DNA of 64,000 nucleotides. Source: Klebsormidium nitens. Its lineage: Eukaryota; Plantae; Klebsormidiophyceae. Both the position numbers and the translations under genes were made by a program. This document shows, one piece after another, positions 12,301-24,799 of the stretch; positions within the stretch are counted from its first letter, which is position 1, and every line of letters starts with the position of its first letter. The notes below the pieces were generated by a model that saw only the letters and a list, made by a program, of their open reading frames with translations, searched no databases and was not told where the DNA came from. The DNA lies in the NCBI GenBank assembly GCA_000708835.1, contig DF237351.1, positions 20,813 through 84,812 of the forward strand, read 5' to 3'.

Positions 12301-15070
12301 GATCTTGTGCAAAGAGTTCATCATCGACGCGTATCAGATCTTCAAGGCGCGCATGGTGGGCGCGGACGCGGTGCTCCTCATCGCGGCGGTCCTTCCTGAT
12401 GTGGACCTCATCTACATGTCCAAGATCGCAAAGTCCCTCGGAATGCAAGCCCTTTTAGAGGTCAGCTTCCCTGTCGCTTCTCTCCTTGTTCACGAGCGTC
12501 TGAAGGTGGGACCTTATAGCATGTTTGCATGTAAACAATGCGTCAGATAGTGATTTTCGCCCTTCCGAGTAAGCCAATTGCCGGTCGGTCCAGCATTTCA
12601 ACGTATGGCCGCGCATACTTCGACGAGGCTGGTCACTCCTTTGCGCTGATATTTGGAGGAAAGATTGGGAAGTCGGAAGGAAGTCTTTGCCGCACCCTGC
12701 AGCCGCTAATGGTGTTTTGCATCGTTTCTGGCAACAACTTATCTCGTGGCATTGGCGCTGTAATTTCACCTTGCTTTATCGCCTGTGACACTTTCAGTTA
12801 GATTTCTAGCTGTATTTTAAATAAATCTGATCAGGTCACGTATGTCTATCTTCGGGGGAACTCTCCACTTCGCTTCAGGCACTACGGGTTCGAGTAGTTG
12901 GTCACTTTGAAGTCTTCCCGCACTCCGTCCACCGTTGCTGCTGCATCCCAAAAGTCTGGCGAGTACAAGAAAAGGGCCTAACGTTTGGATAACATTGGGA
13001 ATGTGGCAGTCGCTTAAGGTGGTCTGTCGTTCGACCTCTTTGCATGACGGTATCGCGAGAGGGACAAAAGTGAAGCAAGATGGAGCGAAACGGAACCCAC
13101 TCAAGCGGATTCGGAACTAGATGGAGATTCGGATTGCAAGCATACACGCTTCGCCACGCTCTTGCTTCAAAATTACACGCTGGAAGGAAGTGGGCCACGT
13201 GTTCGGATCTACGGCGTGCCCATGATTGAAACGGGAAAGGATAGAGCAGAACGAAACAGAAATAAGCGGACTTGGAACAAAACGAGACCCTGTGAGAAAC
13301 TAACGCTCCGCTTCGCTTTTGCTCCAGGTTCACACGCTGGAAGAGATGGACCGGGTACTCGGAATCGACGGCGTGCAGATGATTGGGATCAACAACCGGG
13401 ATCTGAGTGAGCATTCAAGCCGCGCTTGTCCTCAATGTCCTGCCCTCTTGGAGAGGCAGGGTTTCCGAGTTACGTAGGTAGGGCGCAGGAGAAGACCTGA
13501 AATGATACCATTGGCAACTCCTCGGTGTAACAAACAAGTATCTCCATTTCCAAGTGCTTGAAAACGCGCTTCCATCGTCGACGTGCCGATTGGATTGATG
13601 AGTGCCTATTTACGTCCTTGAGCTTGTTGGCCAGTTCCAGTAAGGTTGTCAAGATGAGCGGATGCAAGAGCGCAATCTGTTCCGTCTGAAACCGAACCAA
13701 CGAGCGATCTAGCCGGTCTCATTGAGCCGGTCTGGTTTGATGGTCTTCACCAGCAATTGAAATGGGAGGTCAGGAATCCTTCCAACTTGTCGATCTTGCT
13801 GACGTCATGGGTGGTGCTGCGCCTATCTTCGCTGACGTCACCGGTTCGTCATTTCAAGGTACGTTCAAGACGGACATCCACAACACAGCGCGGCTGCTCG
13901 AGGGCGGCCGCGGCGAGCAGATCCGGGAGCGGAACATCCTAGTGAGTCCCGTTTCGCGCTGTAAAACATACTTCTGATGGGCTTTCCGAGTCGCGGTGTG
14001 AAAAGGCCCTGCTAGCTGCCCATCTCACGGTGTTGCTCTTTACACTTGAGCGAGTATGGGCTTGATGGGCTCTTGTATTGAGACGGGACACGTACCAGCG
14101 AGCCGCCACGTCGCATTTTCATACTTGGAGCAAACGCGGGCGTGATGGGTTGGGTGGGGACGGTGTGCAAGACTCGCCTGAGGGTTTGAGAAACCGAACA
14201 CGAAGGTCGCCGTTTATTAATGACCTGTTTGCCGGATTTACCTGGGAGCACTCAAAACGATAGCGACCTAGCTTGACCTTGAGACGCGCAAGCTGAATCT
14301 TCAATCAAAATAACGAACGAATTGAACAACTCAATTTTACTGAAGAATCACGACAAGAATTTGGGGCCAGATTGTTCCGGGAAGAATGAATCCTAGAGAG
14401 CCCCACTTCTTAGAGGGAGAAACCGGTGCCGGAGCAGCTCCGAACGCGCTCTGACAGCCAAGGAGTGCTTCAAGAGCTCTTGAGGAAGCTTGTCAAGAAA
14501 GTGGTTTTGCTCTTATTGCAGTTGGTGGGCGAGTCGGCGCTCGCAACTCCGGAGGACATCGCCATCGTCCAAAAGGCGGGAGTCGGAGCTGTGAGAGTTT
14601 TTACGCAGTCCCCGCACATCACGTTTGCCAGACTTGGCTGCCGTGTGTTGGCGGGGGGCCCTCAGAAGTTGTTCTTTGCGCGTGCTGGACATTAGGGGGC
14701 TGAGAAAAGGGCAGTCGGAGACAGACGCTTGTGAATTGTCTGCTTTCTGAAGAAGCGATGGTGTAGGGCCTTCGGTCGTATTGTTTCTGCCTTGCTTCGT
14801 ATCTCTTTTTTCACCCGGAGAAGTCCCGCAGTATGGTAGCCGTATCTGGATTCGGAGCGTTGCTAATTTCCAGCGTCTGATTCTTGGTGGAACTGGGCAG
14901 TGCTGAAGTACTTTCGTTTTGGTGAGGGAGTTGTGGACGAATCGCAATGACGGGGCTTTCTTTTCATGCAGGTCCTGGTTGGAGAGTCGTTGGTAAAACA
15001 AGCGAACCCTACGGAAGCCATTGCGGGATTGTTCGGAAAGGATATCTCTCGGAAACAAGTTGAGCAGTGA
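9373..15070 (+). CDS. IGPS (trpC): Indole-3-glycerol phosphate synthase, plastid-targeted, about 448 aa, 10 exons
   Basis: Exons 9373-9585, 10153-10497, 10872-11045, 11351-11425, 11614-11658, 12296-12460, 13328-13406, 13859-13941, 14522-14590 and 14972-15070 (1347 nt). Motifs [58 protein letters not shown] and VLVGESLVK. Ser-rich transit-peptide-like N-terminus. Confidence 0.95.
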
Positions 15071-16010
15071 GTGTATCGTCGAACTTGCTGTTGGTTCTCG
15101 AGGGACACGGAAACGGATACATGTAATGCCTTCATTTGCTACAGGCTTTTAAATAGAAGCTTTTGCTCTTCGAAGTTCTGCAGTCGACCTTCTACTTACC
15201 CGCGGTGGCATCGACTGCTTTCATGCAGATGTTGCATGAACTGTCTTCTGAGCTTCAATATGACCTCGTGGTTTCGGTGCATCAGATTCCGGAACTCAGC
15301 ACACTCCTTGCTTCATGATACGCGCGGCCAACAATTGACACGTCAGCATCACTTCTGCACATCTTGGTGCACTCGTAAATTGCCACATCGAAGCCTGATC
15401 AGAAATTGACTGTGGATGCATTCAAGGTTGGAAACTCTCCTCGAAGCAACTGCACTTATTGATCGTCAAATAATCGTTATTTGAAGGCTAACGTTTGCAT
15501 GATGCTAGATAACACATGGCGGAGCTCGACTTTCGTCATGGCATGTTTATATACATGGACATTCATGATCCGGCCAGCTTTATGGCGCCGCTGGTTGACC
15601 CGACTCGATCACTTGTTATAAGCATATAAATGGGCGCGAAGCTCTAATCTTCGACTCACATTGGCGCGTCGGCCGTCGTATTGAGCGACTAGGTACTCGA
15701 AGGAGGTGATTTTGGTACGTAGCATTTCGTGTCAGAGTCATGAGCCTAGCGCAGGCCGGATATAGCTTCCGCATCCTCGGATCGTATTCTTCTCGTATCA
15801 GTGTGACTAAAGAATTTGGACCGTCTTAGCTAATAGTGAAAGGCAAGCCTCCATATAATCAAAGATCTACTCATCACCTTGCTGATTCTTGTAAGGGTCG
15901 GACAGAGTCTTGATTCGTATCCCAGTCGTTTCGGAGAACACTTTCTCACAAGAGCAGCGGACTGAGTCAATTCGATCACGGAAGAATTCAAATCGGGATA
16001 TACTGGAGAG

Positions 16011-16136
16011 ATGGCTCGATGGATCAAACTCGGGAAGCGGGTTCTCGAGCTACTCCGCACTTTGTTTGAGGCTGCTGGAAAGATCGCAGTATGGATGATC
16101 ACCACCTACTACCAGGGTTCTTCCTCCGTCACATGA
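16011..16136 (+). CDS. Small ORF, 41 aa, cationic amphipathic peptide candidate
   Basis: ATG 16011 to TGA 16134-16136 encodes MARWIKLGKRVLELLRTLFEAAGKIAVWMITTYYQGSSSVT. No expression evidence. Confidence 0.25.
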   Translation: MARWIKLGKRVLELLRTLFEAAGKIAVWMITTYYQGSSSVT

Positions 16137-16542
16137 GCTCATGAATACATTGATTAGTTGCCATACTGTTTGCAGAACGCGCCCGGCAGCGAAGCGAGTT
16201 GTCACAGGTAAGAATGACTGACAACCAAACTCTGGCTCTACTCACAGGTATCCACTTTATACAGCAACTTACAGGCAGGGTCCTAACAGAATCTCACAAT
16301 TGACACATTTAGTGCTTTTTTTAAGCAAATAATCATTGTTCCATACTATACCATACTATACATGATACATTTACCCTATGCTTTTCAATCTTGTACTTAA
16401 CATCTCGCTATTGTTGTGTCCCGCATGCGCGGTTCTGATCCTCAGTTTTCGGTCACCTATACATAGAGCAGAGCACCACAAGCCGCACCTGGGAATTCTT
16501 TTTTGTTCGCGGTAGATTCTTCGTTATCTGTTTGAGTCGAGC

Positions 16543-16884
16543 GCGGCGGTGAATTTTCGAATTACCGCCGCCGAGTCGTACGGCGGTTTTCGATTCAGTG
16601 TAAAAATTCGGGACTTAGCCGTTTTCGGAGGTCAAAATCGCCCGTACACGGGGCAAAAGTCAAAATCTGGCCGAAAAGCTGCCATAAGTCGGTCGAAAAA
16701 ATTATTTGGACCAACCCCTCCGGTCAATCTCTTGTATACGCCCTCCCCATGAACTCCAAACATTTTACATCGTCCAATTTGACCCACATATGATACCGAC
16801 CATGTCAAATATGATCTTAAATATCAAAAAATGGCAATTCTGCGGGTAAAAATCGCCGTGAGTACAGGCATACGCGACTCGGCG
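16543..16884. mobile_element. MITE-like / non-autonomous DNA element candidate with nested inverted repeats
   Basis: cgccgagtcg (16569-78) and cgactcggcg (16875-84) form a perfect 10-bp IR. cggcggtttt (16581-90) and aaaatcgccg (16849-58) form an inner IR (9/10). A 12-bp hairpin lies at 16543-16571. No target-site duplication found. Confidence 0.35.
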
Positions 16885-17032
16885 CGAAACTCCCTATTGC
16901 GCACGGATTTTTCAACTTTTTGCCTCTAGACTCGCAGGTTCAGGTTGCTTGTGACGTAAAGACGACCATCGATCTGCCCGTCCCTTTCTTCCTTCTCCTC
17001 CACCGATCTGCCTCGCCCTTCTCTTTGCCACC

Positions 17033-18001
17033 CTAGTTCTGCCCCGGCCCCCACGGCGCCCGCTGCATCAGACTCTGCCTAAAACCCCCCTTGAGCTGCA
17101 TTTCCGTCTCCCCCTTTGCACGGTCCGCCTCTTGCTTCGCCCCACAGCCTTTGTTCACTGCCGTCTCAAATTCGCTGTAGAGCCCCGCGTACTTATCCCG
17201 CAGTTCCCAATGGCGCCCGGAAACTACGAACGAACCGGTCCACTCGGGATGGGTTAGCATACTCCTTTCCGGCGACAGACTGTACCCCTTGACGAGGTGA
17301 TACAAGAAGTTCTGCGCGCGTAGGATGGTCTTCACGTGGAGGTTCTGCACTTGGGCGGTACGGACCTTGTCTGAGAACGCCCGAAAGACGGTTGGTACCA
17401 GCTGATCCCCGCAGCGCCCTCCCACTGTGACCGTCGTCGAGAGTCCAAACTCCTTCCCGCCCAGAAACTCCTCAAGAAAGAGCTCAATCTCTGGCACATC
17501 TTTCGGGGGAATAGCGTCAGCAGGAAGATACCCGGCGACTGCCCCCCAGGTTTGTTCACAAAAAACGTCTTTGAAGCTCTCCCCCCCCTCGTGAAGCCAA
17601 GACTGTAGAAGCGCCTCCGCAAAGGCGGGGTACTGGGTCGTGCGCATCGTGACGCGCTGCTGTCTGTTCTCTTCCGGCATGCTTTGGAACAGACCCAAAA
17701 TGCTTATGTCCCTCTTGTATGATAGTACGAGCCGGCCCTCTAACGCGGCAACCTCCTTGAAGATCCAGGGAATGACGACGCTAGGTTTCGGCGTTTGGTT
17801 TTGTTCATCATAACCCGGATTTCGGTTTGGTTCACCTCCGTAGTAGTCAATTGCCATTGGCTCTGGTCCATCGATCTCCTGAATGGCGCCCTCATGTTCG
17901 TCGATCTGCGGTGCTTGCTGAGCTGCCACGTCATCGTGTTTGTTCAGATCCCCGCCGGGAGCGGGGAGCGCGAGTCGGTGGCTCTTAGGCCTCCAGCGCA
18001 T
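17033..18001 (-). CDS. Orphan protein, 322-aa open frame; possibly the last exon of a larger gene
   Basis: 969-nt uninterrupted ORF with GC-rich third positions and a globular-looking middle region (IPWIFKEVAALEGRLVLSY...RHWELRDKYAGLYSEFE). No family recognised. Confidence 0.6.
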   Translation of the reverse strand: MRWRPKSHRLALPAPGGDLNKHDDVAAQQAPQIDEHEGAIQEIDGPEPMAIDYYGGEPNRNPGYDEQNQTPKPSVVIPWIFKEVAALEGRLVLSYKRDISILGLFQSMPEENRQQRVTMRTTQYPAFAEALLQSWLHEGGESFKDVFCEQTWGAVAGYLPADAIPPKDVPEIELFLEEFLGGKEFGLSTTVTVGGRCGDQLVPTVFRAFSDKVRTAQVQNLHVKTILRAQNFLYHLVKGYSLSPERSMLTHPEWTGSFVVSGRHWELRDKYAGLYSEFETAVNKGCGAKQEADRAKGETEMQLKGGFRQSLMQRAPWGPGQN

Positions 18002-19762
18002 ACTCTGCCGCCGGGGCTTGCGACTGGACGGCGCCGGGTGTTACCCCGACGCGATCCTTCCCTACTTCTTCGTGCACCCACTTGATGGAAACAAGCTTCT
18101 GAGCTGCCCTGGCCTGAGCGCCTTTTCAAGAAGATGCGGTGCAAAAAAGCATTATCTTCGGATCAACTGAGAAACTGAGTAATTGTTCAGCTCGATGAAC
18201 GGCGGGCCTTTTCTGATGATTGGTCTGAGGGTTGTATTTCTTTAGTCACCTGCGGTCTTCTGTAGTCTGCCTTCATTGTGCAGTGCGCTGCATGACGGCG
18301 GGCGGCGGCCGCCTTGATCCGCTCCGAGGGTTCGGTCACGTCACGGTTGCGTCTCGAGAATCCCAAGCACTTACTTCCGACCGCCACGTGCCGCCTTCGC
18401 AGGAGTTTAGCGCCCATGAAGTGAATCTGACGTCATGCTCTAGTTGCTGGTGTGGGAGGAATCGTCAGCTTCTTATACGTGGCGAGCAGCGAAGCGGAAT
18501 GCAATGTGGGGAAAGAGGAGGAAGAAGGAAGAACTTCATGATCGAGAATTGGAAGGGGGGAGATCTTGATTCCCCCTGTACATATCTCAGCTAAAGGAAT
18601 CCAATCAATGCTAGCGATAAGAAGGAAGCACGGCGGCCTTTCTTGCGGGCGGCACTTGGAGTAGAGAACCTCGAAGCAGGGCGGCAAGTTCAGTTCACCT
18701 TCATGGGAGCAAAAGATCAGAACCCTTGCACAAGGAGGACTTGCACAAAAGCATTAAAGGCTGTCTGACTTGGGTGCGCTGGTCGCTGACGTCAGCCGCT
18801 AGATGACGTCTTGACTCCAACCAGGTTCAAACCAGTCTGCGCCAGCGCCTGTTTACAAAGAAGCGCTAGCTGCTTCTCGGAACCACAAGTTTCTTTCATC
18901 CAATTGGTCTCAACCACAGCCGCATTCAGCCTTGCTTAGCTAAAACCCACCGAGGGCTTAGCTACAGAACAAACGGGGCTAACCATACGTCTGAATCAAT
19001 GGGGTTGTTCCCGCACTCAGAGTTGCGCCCAATTGGGCTCCCCTCGTTTCTCTACTCGACAAGCCCTGGGGTGTTGCAGGCATTGGACTCAGCATCCAAT
19101 GCTGCCCGGTTGGATCAGCCCCCACCAAATGTTGGACCGTCCGAGCCGCATGCAACCTCACAGAGCACTAGATCTGCGATTGGCCAGGTGAAAGCAACTC
19201 ATAAACACGCCGTAAAGATAGGCGCAGATTGGTGTTTGGACCCAAAGAGGACATTCGGCTGACTTCTTGAAGGGTCCACCCTCGCATGGAAAAGCAATGC
19301 TGCCAACTAGCCTGTAGCTCACGATGATTCTGCACCCCATTCTGATCATGTTCTTGGCATCCTGCTAAGCTCGGTGGAAGGGCAAGACTGTTATGTTTAA
19401 GGCACATTCGTGAGGTTTCGGAAGTGCATTTGGCATTTGTTTAGGAGCTGACTTGAAAGAGAGGAGATGTCCTTTTCTTTCGATTGTCTTGATTGAAGAC
19501 TGCAAAGTCAGATTCTTGTTCCATTGTCCTGTTTGGCTGTGCCACGAACAGGTTCTCTCAACGAGAGCAATGCAAGTGAAGTGAGGTCAGATCTCACTGC
19601 ATACTAAGCTTCATTGCCACCAAGATACCACTGCAACCCCCACTGATGCCACTACATCATTAGCTTCGAATAAGCATCGACCGCAAAGGGTGAGCGCAAA
19701 AGTCAAATCGTTTAACAAGCAAGCTGATGTCAGCTCAATTCTTGTTGCAGTCGTCAAAGTTC

Positions 19763-22700
19763 ATGATTCCGCAAATGGCGGAGGCTCAGGTACCCAAGAA
19801 GAAGCTGGAACTTTATTCCACTGGGTACTACGCCGCTGCGTTCGCCGGGGGGGCGCTCGCCTGTGGGCCCACGCACTGGGGAGTCACCCCCCTGTAAGTT
19901 GAACTATCCACAATTGGTTGGTCCTACTTTGTACCCTCAATAGCTTTCAATGAGGTTTTCCATTCGAGGGCTTGGAATACATGTAGCAGGCTATTGAAAA
20001 AGCCTTCACTCAGGGCACTTGTCACACTCGATACATCGATTAAATGCTGACCCTGGAACCCTAGGTTCTCCTTGCGGCCCTCAGATCTCATGTTCGGTTA
20101 CTGCAGAGCCATTCGTCAATCGGTGGAATGAAGGTCAGCGGCTGACATTGACAAAGCTCGCAGAATCTATCTTTGTCAGGGAATTTCACCTTGGCAGCTA
20201 TGGAAGACTGCATTTCTAAGACCCTTACAATGTCAGCAATACATGCAATTGGGTGTAAAATGAACCACATATGTACCGGTTGTGGCAATAGAGCTTGCTT
20301 TCTAACCTAATGCCAGGGCGTCAAGGTAGTGTCCGATTACTGGTCCAAGAAGACGGAAGCGCAACAAAAAGCGGACAATGTGTTCCAAGCTAACCAAACC
20401 CTGTACCCTACTAAGAATCATTCAATTGACTCCAAGAAACTCTGCAGCAACCCGCATCGAGGGGACACAAACACTAGAATCCTCCATTCAAAACCTAGAC
20501 CTCGTTGATGCTTTCCTTTCAGGGACGTGGTAAAGTGCAACATGCAGATTGACCCCAAAAAGTACCGAACCATTCCATCGAGCTTTGCAATCACGTGGCG
20601 CGAGGAGGGCATGCGAGGCTTCCTCAAAGGCCACTTCCCCACCTTCATCGGCTACTCCTTTCAGGTATGATCTTGGCAGGCACGACGATGCATTTCAATC
20701 CATTTTCCAGGGTTAAGCGTCAGGAAACGTATTGTCCAATCTCTAAAGAAGGGTGGGGTTAGCTAGAGGGTCTGGTGTGAACGGGTGCGGAGCACTCAAG
20801 CTCTGGGTTTAGCTTTCAAACTGGTCGTTGTTGCCCTTTGTGGCGCTGGTTTTCATCCAATTTGAGAGGTACTCCTTAATCCTTATGCACTCGAGGTTTC
20901 GGGTCTCCATTCGAAGATTCATGTTCTGGGGCTATACTAAGGGCACTGGAGGCTGTGATTTTGTCAGTGGTCACTTCTCTTAGTCACGGGCTACTGTTTT
21001 CAAGGTGTTCCGTTGTTTTCTTGGGGGCTTAGCTCCTTCATTGTGTCTCTACGGTCCCAATGGTCATGAGTTCCTCGCCAGCCTTCATCTTGTGGAGTCC
21101 TTTTGTGTGCTGAAGGTCTAAATATCCAGGACAGAGAATCCAAGTTAAGACTTCTAACATGGGCGACTTGATCTGGTTCAGTGCACGATGCCGTAACACC
21201 TGAAAGGCGTCAAGAAAGGCCGAGCCAATCGTCTGAAGGGCTGAAGTGCTTCGATTGCCAGTGTTTGTGGAGTTGTGTACTAAAATGGAAACTTTGACGG
21301 CGGAGGCTACTCAGCTATTCGGCTCGACAACCCGACTCTGCAGACGGGGCGATATCTCGTGGATACTTTCTACGCGTGCCCTTTACTCTTGAAGCAAGTG
21401 TGAGCTCCAGCCGGGTTTTCCCGGCCTCGGCTTTCCTGCTTTCAAAGATCCGCAGCGACTTGCTTTTGGTGGAGGCTCCATTCGTTTTCATTGGTCTCTC
21501 TAAATTACTCGCCCCCCGGGTTGACGTTTGGCCTTCATTGGTACGAAATCAGTCAATCTGCCGCGCTGAGATTCCAAGTCAGTGATCATGTTCTTCCTCT
21601 TCTCACCCTGACCTAGTCACTGTAACCGCACCCGGTTTCTTCAAAGAAGCAGGGACTGCGCTTTTTGAAGTCTGAAGGAAGGATTGGGTTGAACTGAGTT
21701 CGGGCCTCCGTTACGGGGCTGCAAACGGGGGCTGCAAACGTTGAGGCCTTGTTTGGGCGCAGGGCGCGTTCAAGTACGGTGGCTACGAGGTGTTCAAGAA
21801 GTACTACTCCGACCTGGCGGGGCCTGAAAACGCGGTCAAGTACCAGCAGCTCATTTTCGCCCTTGGCAGGTGAGCGCTCCCGCGAACCCGTCTTGGCTGA
21901 CGTGGCTGCTTACATCAGCATCCATGTCAGAACTTTGTTAGGGCTTGTCGTGGTGAGACTTCCAGTCGAGGCGGTCGGAGAAGGCGAAGCAAGAGTTGAA
22001 CGAGCGTCTGTGAGCGGATCTTTACAATGCGACAGGCCGTCAAAATCATTGGCCTAGTCTCTTGGCTGAGACAATCTAGAGCAATTTGATAGGACCAGAA
22101 CCGACCATCGGACGTCGTACCAGCTAGCTCGTGGTGCAGTACGTATTGAGTTCATATCAGATGGTCGACCATGGTGCAAAGTGCAGCGGTTTGCTCGTAC
22201 TCGAGCGCCCCAGCATTGGCAGATTACAAGCTTCTGCGACAGACGATATTAGTAATGTCCCAGCAGTTGAAGGGAGCTTTGATTGGATCGACAGTGACAT
22301 CTGTACGAGTCGTCAGAGCCCCTTTCTTTCTCAGTACGTGCATTCTGATTGGAGGCTTGGAAATGTGACGTCAGTTGAATCGAATGCATAGCAGTTGACG
22401 TCATTCTCCGTCCATACAGTGCATCTGCGGAGGTTTTTGCGGACATCGCGTTGTGTCCGTTCGAGGCGGTCAAAGTGCGCGTGCAGACGCAGCCGGGTTA
22501 CGGCTTCGGGTTAGTGGACGGGTTACCAAAGTACGTGGCGGAAGATGGTTGGGCGGGGCTGTATAAGGGGATTGTGCCCTTGTGGGGCCGGCAGATCCCT
22601 TACACGGGTGAGCGTCCCTGGCTTTGCTGACGTAGGCTGACGCGATGCATGACAAAAAGGATCAACGGTCCCGAAGACTACACGACAGAGTCACCTAGTA

Positions 22701-24087
22701 AGACTGCGACCGTTGAGATCGTGACGCAGTTGTCGTTGGTGGCTGACTTCAACCACAACCCGACGCCCAAGTTGGAAGTAACAAAGTTCTAGACGAACTG
22801 GACTTGGCGCGCCGCCACCCGTCCTCAGATCAAACTCGGCCAAAGCTTCTCTTATGCTGTGTTTTCCACTCAAGCGGTCGTCTTCCAAAGAAGCTGATGG
22901 GGGTGTTACGTGCAATCTGCTCCCGATCGTTGCGATGTTGAAGGTGCCTTTATGTGATCTATCAAAACCCGCCTTTTACACAAATCCGATTCGTTTGAAC
23001 CCACTCTCGAGGCTGCCGAATGCGTCCTGCAGGCAGTGATGATGACTCTGTTTCGTTACCCACCGGCACCTCCCCTGTCGTAGCCTTCGAAAGCAATCTG
23101 CAGACCGTAAAACTCGCTCGTTTTACCTGCGCCGGACAGTCAGCCAAGCCTGTTTTCTCTCCCCGCAGTCATGAAGTTTGTGTCCTTCGAAAACATCGTC
23201 GCGGCTCTGTACCGCAACGTGGTGCCCATTCCCAAGAACGAGTGCTCCAAGAACACGCAGCTCGGGGTCAGCTTTGCCGGAGGATACCTCGCGGGAATCC
23301 TTTGCGCGGCAATCTCCCAGGTATGCGTCCCCTCCTTAACGCAACAGTTTCAACTTTTGCTCTTTCTTTTGAAGTCACTTCGTATTGCCCTTCTAGGACT
23401 ACAGCATGGAACACCGTTGATTGCAATCGCTCGCGCGTGTAGTCAATTCTTACGGTGGCAGAGGCGTCATCGGCAGTCCCCGCCACCTGGGTCCGCTACG
23501 GAACAAAGTTTTCACTCGGATTCATTCTCGAAGTTTTTACATGTTCGCTCCCCTCGTCAGCCCAACAACACCGTCTCTTTTTGGAACAACGTGTCTCGCG
23601 CGACCTTTGAAACTTTGGCCTCATGACGCTTTCTCACAGACAACGTGCTTGCCTCAACTAAAGCAAGCTGCCAAGTGTGCTCATCTCCTGCGTATCTTTG
23701 CCAGCCCGCCGAGAACACATAGGGCGCTTGGAACGTGCGGACCCAATTTTGCAACGAATGATTTACCCTTTGGCCTGCTACCAACTGTGATTCTTATCGT
23801 TGTACTTTTGATCAAGACTTTGGTGCGAAGAAATTGAAAACCAAAGGGGAAAGCAACAACAAAATCTTTGTTTTCCGTTCCAGCCCGCCGACAACATCGT
23901 CTCGTTCATGAACAACAAGAAGGGCGCCGCGTTCGGGCAAGCCGTCAAGGAGATTGGCATGACGCAGCTCTTCGTCCGCGGGCTGCCGCTACGGATCGTC
24001 CAGATTGGAACACTGACGGGCCTCCAGTGGGCTATCTACGACTCGGTCAAGGTGTGGTTTGGATTCCCCACAACGGGAGGGCACTGA
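19763..24087 (+). CDS. MPT (PHT3): Mitochondrial phosphate carrier (SLC25A3/PHT3 family), about 303-307 aa, 6 exons
   Basis: Exons 19763/19775-19893, 20523-20664, 21763-21869, 22420-22607, 23169-23320 and 23884-24087. Carrier signatures [17 protein letters not shown] and PADNIVS, plus [23 protein letters not shown] and [13 protein letters not shown]. Confidence 0.95.
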
Positions 24088-24799
24088 CATTCATTAGCTA
24101 GTAAGGTTTGTGGAGCTTGAAAGCGCCTTGGTTTTGCGCGGGGCGTGAATGTTGTTCGAGTTGCGGCTTTTGTATTGTACGCATATTATAGCGGGCGGAC
24201 GGCCAAGCATGAAGGTTCTAGTCGGCTCGTTTTGTCAGATGTCTCAAGAAGCCAAAAGCTAGAGGGCGATGTACAGTGTTGTAGGACGAATCATACAGTA
24301 GCTTCCAGATTCTGCCCCCCAAGTTGGTTTCAGTTAAGTGTACATGTTCCTCCTTGTAATAGATACATCTCACACTTATCGCGCTTCATGAAGCCCTTAT
24401 TACAGGTCTAAGGGTCCGACTCACAGTCGATGCATGAAGCCGGCGGGACGTCGGTCTTGTTTCAACTGCCACGCCCAGGATCATCATTGAACACTTAAGT
24501 TGCACATGAGTCGGAACACGGCATGTCGGGCCGATTTGAGGGTCTCCTTAGCTTTTCCATTCAATTGCGAGGCATCAATAACTCCGTCGGAGTAACAAGG
24601 AAGCACGCAATAGGCCCAGTCGATGACTTGTGCTCAACGATGGCGTAGAACTTTCTCGCCATTTACTGGTCGGATCAGTGCCCATCAGCCTTCTGGTTTT
24701 ATATGTATGCCCCTCAATGCCGAAAAGCGGCTCATCTAGCTTAGAAAGCCTTGCAGGCCCCTGTCTTAAGAAGGTTCGAGATATGCAAGAGCTCACTTT

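Noticed and set aside
21716-21741. Short tandem duplications (ggggctgcaaacg x2 here; gggtgcctgaaga x2 near 35856; ccatactata x2 near 16341)
   Set aside because: Two-copy local slippage events with no spacer structure. They are not a CRISPR array or a meaningful repeat family.
23333-23340. U12 branch-point consensus TCCTTAAC followed by CAG in MPT intron 5
   Set aside because: It is only 13 nt after a U2-type donor and would give a 27-nt intron. The true acceptor at 23883 restores the carrier sequence.
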